Shown here: positions 48,754-56,822 of the stretch, piece after piece
How the letters are laid out: every line of letters begins with the position of its first letter
Numbering within the stretch: position 1 is the first letter of the stretch
NCBI GenBank assembly: GCA_964647565.1
Contig: CAZYIM010000010.1
Span: forward strand, 1 to 64,000
Origin: an uncultured Methanosarcinales archaeon
GTDB lineage: Archaea > Nanobdellota > Nanobdellia > Woesearchaeales > CAZYIM01
Direction: 5' to 3'
DNA: 64,000 nt
Made by a program: the position numbers and the translations under genes
Notes under the pieces: model-generated
What the model was told of the DNA's origin: nothing
Databases searched by the model: none
The model's input: the letters and a program-made list of their open reading frames with translations, nothing else

Positions 48754-49050
48754 ATGAAACTGAGGTTTATAAATATTTACGTTAAATGAAATATATAATA
48801 AAAAATAGATTATTTAATGCACACAAGACACCCCTTCGTTTCCACTGGAAATAGTTCATTTCGAATTTTCAGACTACAATCAGCACAAAATCAAAGTCGC
48901 GTTCAAGCACGTTTTTTTGTTATATTTTATGTTATATATATTATATTATATTATATTATAATATATATAATATATAATAATTTTCTATATAGAAAAAAAT
49001 AAAAGGTTGTTTTTTTAGGAAGATGTCTTTTCCAGTGGAAACGAAGGGGT
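48747..49050. other. Chromosomal replication origin (oriC): inverted ORBs flanking an AT-rich DUE
   Basis: Perfect 22-bp inverted pair ACCCCTTCGTTTCCACTGGAAA (48830-48851) / TTTCCAGTGGAAACGAAGGGGT (49029-49050); nearly pure A/T tract at about 48915-49003; adjacent to cdc6; extra ORB-like site at 48747-48765. Confidence 0.93.
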
Positions 49051-49197
49051 TCTCAATATAAAAACTGTGATTTAATCATTGAAAAGTGATTACAAAATCA
49101 AAAGGTTTAAATATTAGTTGTCTTTTTCTCTCTATTAATCAGTAGTTACAATTTAGATATACCTAACCAATTATTTAAACAAAACGAGTGATTAACA

Positions 49198-50010
49198 ATG
49201 CTAGTACAACCTGAATTTTTAAAGAAAGTTAAAACTTTCGGTCTAAACAGCTACGAAGCGAAGATATGGACTGCCCTCTTAACACGAGGTGTAAGCACTG
49301 CTGGTGAACTTTCTGATATTGCGAATGTTCCCAGATCAAGAAGCTACGATGTTCTCGAGTCTCTTGAGAAAAAAGGCTTTATTATTATGAAGATTGGTAA
49401 ACCCATCAAATATATTGCAGTGCCTCCTATGGAAGTATTGGAGAGAGTTAAAAAAAGAATTCAGGAAAGTGCAGACTCTCAAATTGTTGGTTTGGAAGAA
49501 GTTAGAGGTTCCGATGTTTTAAAGGAGTTAGAAGTTCTTCATTCTCAAGGTGTTGAGATGGTTGAGCCTTCAGATATTACTGCTTCTGTTAAAGGTAGAG
49601 ATAATATTTATGATCATATGGATATGATGATCAAAACAGCAAATGAATCTGTTATTCTAGTTACAAGTGATGAAGGTCTTGTAAGAAAATATGAAGCTAT
49701 GAAGCGAAGTTTAAAGAAAGCAAGTGAAAGAGATGTGAAGATTAGAATCGCAGCACCTCTAACAAAAAAATCTGAAACTGCTTTTAAAGAACTTTCAAAA
49801 ATAGCTGAAATGCGTGTTCTTAATAATTTAAGTGCGCGATTCTGTGTAATTGATCAGAATCAATTAATGTTTATGCTTTTGGATGATAGTTCTGTCCATC
49901 CAACATATGATGTTGGTGTTTGGGTAAATACTGCATTATTTTCAAACGCAATGAAAGATCTCTTCGAGTTAGCATGGGTAGATATGAAAACATATACGCT
50001 CAAAAACTAA
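49198..50010 (+). CDS. TrmB-family regulator / chromatin protein (copy 2), origin-adjacent
   Basis: wHTH nearly identical to the 11983 copy. Confidence 0.92.
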   Translation: MLVQPEFLKKVKTFGLNSYEAKIWTALLTRGVSTAGELSDIANVPRSRSYDVLESLEKKGFIIMKIGKPIKYIAVPPMEVLERVKKRIQESADSQIVGLEEVRGSDVLKELEVLHSQGVEMVEPSDITASVKGRDNIYDHMDMMIKTANESVILVTSDEGLVRKYEAMKRSLKKASERDVKIRIAAPLTKKSETAFKELSKIAEMRVLNNLSARFCVIDQNQLMFMLLDDSSVHPTYDVGVWVNTALFSNAMKDLFELAWVDMKTYTLKN

Positions 50011-50023
50011 CTCACCTCTTTTT

Positions 50024-50060
50024 CCCGAGAAGATTCCGATATTCTTGGAATCTTCTTGGG
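50024..50060. terminator. Strong hairpin between convergent genes (possible bidirectional terminator)
   Basis: CCCGAGAAGATTCC / GGAATCTTCTTGGG 14-bp stem with one G-U, T-runs on both sides. Confidence 0.6.
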
Positions 50061-50062
50061 TT

Positions 50063-50965
50063 TTAATCATCTTTTGTAATTCTACAGATTAGTTCTCCTT
50101 CATTAACTACGCCACCAACCCACAGACTTAGAATATACCCTTTTTTATCTGTAACTATCTTGGTTTCTTCAAACTCGGGAAATGTTAACATCGTACCTAT
50201 TTTATTTGTTCTTTTCCCTATAGAATCTAGTTTTGGAATAAATAAGCCACTTTTATCTGCATGTACTCTTTGTAATTTTTTAGAGTCTATTTTTTTTGTA
50301 GAATGTATTGATGGATGGCCTAAATTGCCTGTATAGTTGAGGAATGATTTTATTATTGCAACACCTTTCTTTAAGTAGTTTAATTCCATACGTTTACCTT
50401 CGCCAATTTCAACAGTGATAGCCTCTTTATTCAAATCTAAGAGACTGCTTACTAGTGTTTTTTTCAAAGGCAGATCTCTAAGTAATATAAATGGAACATC
50501 TAAATGATTGATGAGCTGATTTATCAAGGAGAATCTTTTATCATATATTCTTGCCTGGGGTGTATCCAGAATATTATCATTCCCATTATGAAGATCTAAA
50601 ATATATTTACATTTTTTTAATTCGATAAACATAGTAGAACACATTCTTTGAGTTATTGTGCCTGTCTTTTTTCCTGGCCAACAGCGATTCATATCTTTTT
50701 TATCTATTTGTGAAACTCTTTCTTTTACATTAAATGCAAGGGGATTTGCGATTGGAAAAATTAGTAATTCTCCTTTGATTTTTGTCAGGTCCTCTTTTTT
50801 TAAGAATTGATTTAGAATTGCTATAGAGAAGAACTCATTTCCATGCTGCGTAGCTACAATTCCTGTTACAGGGCCTTTTTTATTAGATGTTATTTTTATA
50901 TAAGATATATTAACAATAGAACCGTCTGGAAGCTCTTCTATCTTTAAATTTCCTTTTTTTATCAT
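50063..50965 (-). CDS. Succinylglutamate desuccinylase / aspartoacylase family (M14-like) hydrolase
   Basis: QHGNE, ANP.AF, DMNRCWPG, DLH, TVEIG. Confidence 0.88.
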   Translation of the reverse strand: MIKKGNLKIEELPDGSIVNISYIKITSNKKGPVTGIVATQHGNEFFSIAILNQFLKKEDLTKIKGELLIFPIANPLAFNVKERVSQIDKKDMNRCWPGKKTGTITQRMCSTMFIELKKCKYILDLHNGNDNILDTPQARIYDKRFSLINQLINHLDVPFILLRDLPLKKTLVSSLLDLNKEAITVEIGEGKRMELNYLKKGVAIIKSFLNYTGNLGHPSIHSTKKIDSKKLQRVHADKSGLFIPKLDSIGKRTNKIGTMLTFPEFEETKIVTDKKGYILSLWVGGVVNEGELICRITKDD

Positions 50966-51058
50966 ATATGTCTCCTTTAATATGGACTTTTAATAGTTTT
51001 TTATTTTAACTTCTTATTTAAGATTAACTTTATAAAAATACGTGCGTTCTTTATCTGT

Positions 51059-51751
51059 ATGATATATAAGAACTTAGTACTTATAGGAACTTCACACATA
51101 GCAAAAGCATCTATTGATGAAATTAAAGAGGCTTTTCATAGTGTTAAACCTAATTTTGTTGCAGTTGAGCTTGACAAGCGTCGCTTGGCATCTTTATTGT
51201 CTAATAAATCACAGACTTTAGGTCTTAGCAATATACGCTTTATTGGTGTGAAAGGCTACTTGTTTGCACTACTAGGTCATTATGTTCAAAAAAAATTAGG
51301 ATCTATTGTGCAGATTAAACCAGGTTCTGATATGTTAGAAGGTGTTAATTTAGCTCGACAAAACAATAAAAAATTGTTTCTAGTAGATCAAGATATAACT
51401 ATAACCTTAAAGAAATTTTCTAAAAACCTTTCTTTTGAGGATATTTGGCATTTTTTTATGGATCTTTTATTTGGATGGACTAAGAAAAGACGAATAAAAA
51501 TCACTCTTAATACTGTGCCTGACAAGAAAACAATTGAGTTTGTGATGGATTTTCTTCAAACAAGATATCCTGGTGTTTATTATACTCTTGTTGAAGACAG
51601 GAATAGTTATATGGCTAAAAAAATATTTAAAATAATGTTGAATAATCCTTCTTCCAAAATTTTAGCTATTGTGGGCGCAGGGCATGAGACTGGAATAATG
51701 GAAAAGATTAAAAAACTTGGACAATCTAATATTTCGCTACAAGTAGATTAA
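51059..51751 (+). CDS. TraB/PrgY/GumN family protein
   Basis: IGTSHI, VAVELD..R, PGSDM, DRN.YMA, IVGAGH. Confidence 0.9.
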   Translation: MIYKNLVLIGTSHIAKASIDEIKEAFHSVKPNFVAVELDKRRLASLLSNKSQTLGLSNIRFIGVKGYLFALLGHYVQKKLGSIVQIKPGSDMLEGVNLARQNNKKLFLVDQDITITLKKFSKNLSFEDIWHFFMDLLFGWTKKRRIKITLNTVPDKKTIEFVMDFLQTRYPGVYYTLVEDRNSYMAKKIFKIMLNNPSSKILAIVGAGHETGIMEKIKKLGQSNISLQVD

Positions 51752-51813
51752 TTAACACTGTCTAAAGTATAAAACAACAAATTATTTAAATTTGTAAAAT
51801 AGGCTTTTGGAAT

Positions 51814-52581
51814 ATGAATTTTCCAGGACATACTCTGAAGACATACTTCAAATTTTCTAGGGTGGAGAAAAAGCAGATTATAGTCAGTTCTGTTTTTATG
51901 TCAGTAATCTTTTTTCTATGGTCTTGGGGATCTTGGATTCAGAGTGATTACAGCACTATATCGGGCATCTTGAATTTTATATTCTTTTTTATTGTGGTTA
52001 CTATTGCTTTGCTTGTTAATATTTCAGTTCAAAAATATTTTGCAATTACAAAAGGATATACTGCACAGTTTTCCTGTTGGGTTAATGGCTCGCTAATAAC
52101 AATGCTCTTGAGTTTTATTTCTATGGGTTGGATTTTCTTGCTCATACCCGGCACGTTTACATTTAAACAAGAAGATCGATTAAGACTGGGCAGATTTAGG
52201 TATGGTATGAGTTACAAGAATCTTGGTCATATTGCTACGTTTGGCGTGTGTGGTAATCTTTTTTTAGTACTTCTATTAAAACCATTTTATTTTTGGCTCG
52301 GTTTTGAATTTATTAAAACTATTATTTTTATCAATCTAGTTATGGCCCTATGTATGCTTATTCCTATACCTCGTATTGAAGGTGTGAGGACGTACGAGGG
52401 GGGCACACCCGGTTTTAATCTGCTTTACGCTACTAGATGGCTCTTTGTTTTTGTTTTTACATCTTTCTTAGCATTCGCTCTTTTAGCCTTTTTTGGAGGT
52501 GTTTTTTCTTTGATTCTCGCTGCTTTGATAGGTTTTATAGTTATGCTCATATTCCAAAAATATATAGATGCTAGAATTTAA
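51814..52581 (+). CDS. M50 (site-2 protease)-like membrane protein lacking HExxH
   Basis: FS..E, K..A...GY.A.F..W, GHIATFG...N, LIPIP..EG layout resembles archaeal M50 proteins. Confidence 0.55.
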   Translation: MNFPGHTLKTYFKFSRVEKKQIIVSSVFMSVIFFLWSWGSWIQSDYSTISGILNFIFFFIVVTIALLVNISVQKYFAITKGYTAQFSCWVNGSLITMLLSFISMGWIFLLIPGTFTFKQEDRLRLGRFRYGMSYKNLGHIATFGVCGNLFLVLLLKPFYFWLGFEFIKTIIFINLVMALCMLIPIPRIEGVRTYEGGTPGFNLLYATRWLFVFVFTSFLAFALLAFFGGVFSLILAALIGFIVMLIFQKYIDARI

Positions 52582-52583
52582 GT

Positions 52584-52853
52584 TTAAGCTAGAGACATGA
52601 TTCCTTTAATTACTAAATAGACAACACAAAGTATGGTGATAAACCAAATTCCTAACAAAAGCATTATTAAAATATAGACTGCAACAACCATATCAATCAT
52701 ACTTGCTATATCTCCTCTAAATATCAGTCCTTTTATTATTAGATAAAGTGCGCAACTCACAGGAAGTCTCCAACCCACTAAATCCAATTGAAGAAGTATC
52801 ATAATTACTGCTGTGAACAGATCCGCTAAACCAAAGAGTTTAAATAATAGCAT
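52584..52853 (-). CDS. Small membrane protein
   Basis: 89-aa hydrophobic ORF with an internal repeat (D....V...YL..KG..). Confidence 0.7.
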   Translation of the reverse strand: MLLFKLFGLADLFTAVIMILLQLDLVGWRLPVSCALYLIIKGLIFRGDIASMIDMVVAVYILIMLLLGIWFITILCVVYLVIKGIMSLA

Positions 52854-52888
52854 AGCTATTAGGGAAGTTTATTAGTTATAAATAATTA

Positions 52889-53215
52889 TTGAAAATGAAC
52901 ATCGGTGAGCAATGGGTTGAATATTTATTTCTTATTGTTTTAGTATTGGGTTTTATCTTTGCTATTTTCATAAAAAGTGTGTTCTTGATACTTTTAGTTA
53001 GTTTCCTTTTCGGAGTTTTTTTCTCAAAGTTGCTTGCTTTTGATAAAAAAAGGTCTAATCTGCCTTACATTTTAATTGTTCTTGGATTTGTAGTTGGTTT
53101 TTTTGTAGGAAGTCTTTTATCTGGTATCAGTTCTTGGGTTAGATTTTTTTGTTTGGTCTTTTTTATTATAGGCGCAATCGCAGGAAATATATTTAAGAAA
53201 AAACTATCAAAATAG
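52889..53215 (+). CDS. Small membrane protein
   Basis: About four TM segments; likely ATG at 52895. Confidence 0.7.
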   Translation: MKMNIGEQWVEYLFLIVLVLGFIFAIFIKSVFLILLVSFLFGVFFSKLLAFDKKRSNLPYILIVLGFVVGFFVGSLLSGISSWVRFFCLVFFIIGAIAGNIFKKKLSK

Positions 53216-53350
53216 TTTTTTTTATTGACTGAGAAATCTTGTTTTTTAGACGCTATTTTCGAAAAGTTTATATATTCCGAGCAGTATTCTCCTCTATAAG
53301 AGACTTTTTTTAACAGACTAATTGTCTGAAAACCTAGAGGGGTGAATTAA

Positions 53351-53584
53351 ATGGCAGAAAAAGTTACAAAAGTGGGTGTTAAGAAAGAAAGTGGTTGGCT
53401 CTATTTTGTTGACAAAAAGGGCAATGTTTCTAGGGCTAAAATGGCTCGTGGTGGAGGCAAAAAAGGAAAGCAAAAATGTGAAGATGTTCCTAAAGTTGGT
53501 GTTAAGAAAACATCAGGCTACCTATATATTGTTGACAAAAAAGGAGATGTTTCTAGAGCCAAAATGGATCGAGGTCGAAAGTAA
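53351..53584 (+). CDS. Small basic protein with a tandem duplicated domain
   Basis: Two copies of KVGVKK.SG.LY.VDKKG.VSRAKM.RG; strong SD GAGGGGTGA; T-tract terminator after the stop. Confidence 0.85.
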   Translation: MAEKVTKVGVKKESGWLYFVDKKGNVSRAKMARGGGKKGKQKCEDVPKVGVKKTSGYLYIVDKKGDVSRAKMDRGRK

Positions 53585-53644
53585 TTTTTACATATTTTTT
53601 TTTTTTTAACAACATTTTAATAAAGTTCTTTCTTCCCTGAGTTA

Positions 53645-55855
53645 ATGCTAAAGAATTTTAAACCAAGACTTTATCAAGAGATTATTCTGGATAGTTGTTT
53701 GAAGAATAACGTATTGGTTGTGCTTCCGACAGGGATGGGTAAAACCGCTATTGCAATGCTTCTTGCAGTACATAGATTGAAAAATTATGTCAAGAGTAAG
53801 ATATTATTGCTGGCACCTACAAGACCTTTAGCTCTACAGCATTTAGAGACTTTTAAGAAATTTATTGACCTGCCGGAAACTGAGTTTGCTCTTTTCACAG
53901 GAAATGTGTCTCCTAAGAAACGTGCTGAAATGTGGGACAAATCAACTTTTTTTTTCAGTACACCTCAAGGCGTTGAAAATGACATAATTAATAATAAGGT
54001 TCCATTGAAAGATATTTCCCTTTTAGTCTTTGACGAGGCGCATAGGGCTGTTGGAGACTATGCCTATGTTTTTATTGCTAAACAATATCATAAAAAAGCA
54101 TCGCATGAAAAATCGCTGTCTCTTACAGCATCTCCCGGAGCGGATTTTACCAAAATCAAAGAGGTTTGTAAAAATCTATATGTTGATGCTGTTGAAGTAA
54201 GAACAGAAACTGATCCAGATGTGAAGGAATATGTACAGGATATTGATATCACCTGGATTCAAGTTGAGTTTCCTAAGGAATTTCAAAAAATACAAAAATA
54301 TTTACAAGACAGTCTAACAAGTAAGATGAATTCTCTTAAAGAAAAGGGATTTCTTCCAGGTTCTATCACTAATTACACTAAAAAAGCACTATTGATGCTG
54401 CAGAGAGATTTTCATTCAAGACTTGCTACTGGTGAAAGAGACTATAATTTGATGAAATCCATTAGCTTGCTTGCAGAAGTTATGAAAATCCAACATGCCC
54501 TGGAGTTATTGGAAACACAAGGAATCTCTATATTGTATACCTACTTCCTTAAAATAGAGGAACAATCTAAGACGACAAAAGTTAAAGCAGTTCAGAATCT
54601 GCTTAAGGATATAAACTTTAAATCTGCCATCATTAAAACAAGACATCTTGTTGAAGAAGAGATAGATCATCCTAAATTGAACCGACTAAAAGAGATTGTA
54701 GCTGCTGAGAGTGCCAAGAATTCAAGTTCCAAGATGATTCTTTTTACACAATTTAGGAATGGGGCTCTGAAAATGAAAGAGGTTCTTGATGAAATTAATG
54801 TTTCTAATAAGATCTTTGTTGGGCAGATGAAACGTGGAGATACAGGGATGAGCCAAAAAGAACAAAAACAGATTATTGAAGAGTTCAGGGAAAATAAATT
54901 TACTTGTTTGATAAGTACTTCTGTTGGGGAAGAGGGTCTAGATATACCTGAAGTGGATGTTGTTCTTTTCTACGAACCTATTCCTTCAGCTATTAGGCAC
55001 ATCCAAAGAAGAGGGAGGACGGGTCGCCAGGCAGAAGGGAAGGTTTATATTTTTGTCACAGGCAAGACAAGAGATGAGGCATATCGTTGGTCATCGCACT
55101 ATAAGGAAAAAAAGATGTATAAGAATCTGGAGAGATTGAAAAAAGAATTCAATCTTAAATCTGCAAAAAAAGAGTATGCTCTTGATAAATTTGTCTCTTC
55201 TGAACAAACTAATATTAAGATTGTGGTGGATTATAGAGAAAAGAGCTCAGGTGTTATTAAAGAATTGATTGATCTGGGGGTGGAGATTGATATGCAAAAG
55301 CTTGATGTAGGTGATTATCTTCTGTCTGAAAATTTAGTTGTTGAATATAAGACCCAGTCTGATTTCGTAGAATCTATTATAGATGGTAGACTATTACCTC
55401 AAGTTAAGGATCTTAACTCCTATGAGAAATCCCTTGTTGTGATTGAGGGTGAAGAGAATCTTTACAGTCAAAGGAACATACATCCTAACGCGGTCAGGGG
55501 TATGATTGCAGCTATTTCAGTTGGGTTTGGAATTCCTTTGCTATCCACAAAACACCCGAAAGATACTGCAGCTCTTTTTTATGTGATAGCTAAGAGGTTA
55601 CAGGATCCTGAGAAAAAAGATTTTAGCATGCACACTTCTAAGCCAAGAACACTAAAAGAGCAGCAGGAATATGTTGTGGGTTCTTTTCCAGGTATAGGGC
55701 CTACTTTGTCCAAACCTCTGCTTAAAAAATTCAAGTCAATAAAGAAATTAGTCAATGCTTCTGAAGATGCGTTGAAAAAAGTGGACTTGATAGGTGAGTT
55801 AAAGGCCAAGAAGATAAGAGATTTGATAGATTCAGAGTATCAGGAGTCTTCGTAG
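53645..55855 (+). CDS. hef: Hef helicase-nuclease (FANCM/XPF homolog)
   Basis: PTGMGKT, DEAH, QRRGRTGR, ERCC4 domain (VDYRE, GDY, EYKT..DF..SI.DGRL), C-terminal HhH. Confidence 0.95.
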   Translation: MLKNFKPRLYQEIILDSCLKNNVLVVLPTGMGKTAIAMLLAVHRLKNYVKSKILLLAPTRPLALQHLETFKKFIDLPETEFALFTGNVSPKKRAEMWDKSTFFFSTPQGVENDIINNKVPLKDISLLVFDEAHRAVGDYAYVFIAKQYHKKASHEKSLSLTASPGADFTKIKEVCKNLYVDAVEVRTETDPDVKEYVQDIDITWIQVEFPKEFQKIQKYLQDSLTSKMNSLKEKGFLPGSITNYTKKALLMLQRDFHSRLATGERDYNLMKSISLLAEVMKIQHALELLETQGISILYTYFLKIEEQSKTTKVKAVQNLLKDINFKSAIIKTRHLVEEEIDHPKLNRLKEIVAAESAKNSSSKMILFTQFRNGALKMKEVLDEINVSNKIFVGQMKRGDTGMSQKEQKQIIEEFRENKFTCLISTSVGEEGLDIPEVDVVLFYEPIPSAIRHIQRRGRTGRQAEGKVYIFVTGKTRDEAYRWSSHYKEKKMYKNLERLKKEFNLKSAKKEYALDKFVSSEQTNIKIVVDYREKSSGVIKELIDLGVEIDMQKLDVGDYLLSENLVVEYKTQSDFVESIIDGRLLPQVKDLNSYEKSLVVIEGEENLYSQRNIHPNAVRGMIAAISVGFGIPLLSTKHPKDTAALFYVIAKRLQDPEKKDFSMHTSKPRTLKEQQEYVVGSFPGIGPTLSKPLLKKFKSIKKLVNASEDALKKVDLIGELKAKKIRDLIDSEYQESS

Positions 55856-56130
55856 GGTTCCTGATCAACATCTTCTTCTGCGTCCTCTTCTTCAATAGGA
55901 ACATCATTTGCAAGCATAACCTCTGAGTTCGTGATGCCCTCAGTTATCTGTAATTTATTTTGGATAAATGCTTTAAGGCAGGTTCTATCTTCTGCTACAA
56001 CTTTCATAATGAGATCATATCTTCCATATATTTCATGCACCTCATCTACCTCTTTAAATTCTTTGAGAGTAGAACTAACTATCTTTAGTTTGCCGTGTTG
56101 AGTTTTGATGAGGACATATGCTATCTCCAT
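55840..56130 (-). CDS. Lrp/AsnC ligand-binding-domain protein (no HTH)
   Basis: AYVLI...V.EVHEIYGRYDLIMKV. Confidence 0.85.
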   Translation of the reverse strand: MEIAYVLIKTQHGKLKIVSSTLKEFKEVDEVHEIYGRYDLIMKVVAEDRTCLKAFIQNKLQITEGITNSEVMLANDVPIEEEDAEEDVDQEPYEDS

Positions 56131-56213
56131 AAGTAGAGATATTGAGGATTTGTTTTTATATTTTTTGGATAACAGTGGGTAAATTTATATATGCTCTGAA
56201 GTTATTGTTAAAT

Positions 56214-56798
56214 ATGAAGATAGATATTGTGCTGCCTAATAATAATGAGAATGCTTTTGTTGTTATGGCCAAGAGACTGGGTTTTGATGGGCTGATATTC
56301 CTTTATGATAAATATCCCTCTACTGATTGTGCGATTAAAGATTTTAAATGTTGGAAAGGATGTGTTGCAAAGAATGTGCAACAGCTTCAAAAACTTAAGA
56401 AATTTGATTTTATTTTCTCCAAGTCAGGAAGAGCTTTTTTCGAAAATAAGAAAATCCATTTTATTTATGGTGTTGAGACTGATTCAGGAAAAGATGCTAC
56501 TCATTATAGGGCGACTGGTTTAAATCAGGTCTTATGTAAGTTGGCTAAAGATACAAACAAGACCTTGTGCATAAGCTTTAATGATTTGCTTAAAGCTCGG
56601 AGAAGAGAGCTACTGGTCGGCAGGATGGTACAGAACCTTAGGTTCTATAAGAAGTTCAAAGTGAAAGTACAAATAGCTTCCTTTGCAACCAAACCTTTTG
56701 AGATGAGGGCGCCTAGAGATTTAGTTGCTTTTGGCATAACTTTAGGTATGAGTCCAGGAGATGCCAAGAAGTCCATCTTAAAACAAAAAAACATATAA
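56214..56798 (+). CDS. rnp3: Ribonuclease P protein subunit p30 (Rpp30)
   Basis: GLNQVLCKLA, S.A..PFEMRAPRDL..FG..LGM; ATG at 56214. Confidence 0.85.
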   Translation: MKIDIVLPNNNENAFVVMAKRLGFDGLIFLYDKYPSTDCAIKDFKCWKGCVAKNVQQLQKLKKFDFIFSKSGRAFFENKKIHFIYGVETDSGKDATHYRATGLNQVLCKLAKDTNKTLCISFNDLLKARRRELLVGRMVQNLRFYKKFKVKVQIASFATKPFEMRAPRDLVAFGITLGMSPGDAKKSILKQKNI

Positions 56799-56822
56799 AT
56801 AAGGAACGCTGGTATTCAGAAC

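Noticed and set aside
48817..49002. 61-aa ORF across the origin
   Set aside because: Runs through the ORB and AT-rich DUE; the I/Y-rich translation is an artefact of ATATT repeats
53376..53609. Alternative-frame 77-aa ORF over the small basic protein
   Set aside because: The 53351 frame has the SD and a coherent duplicated domain
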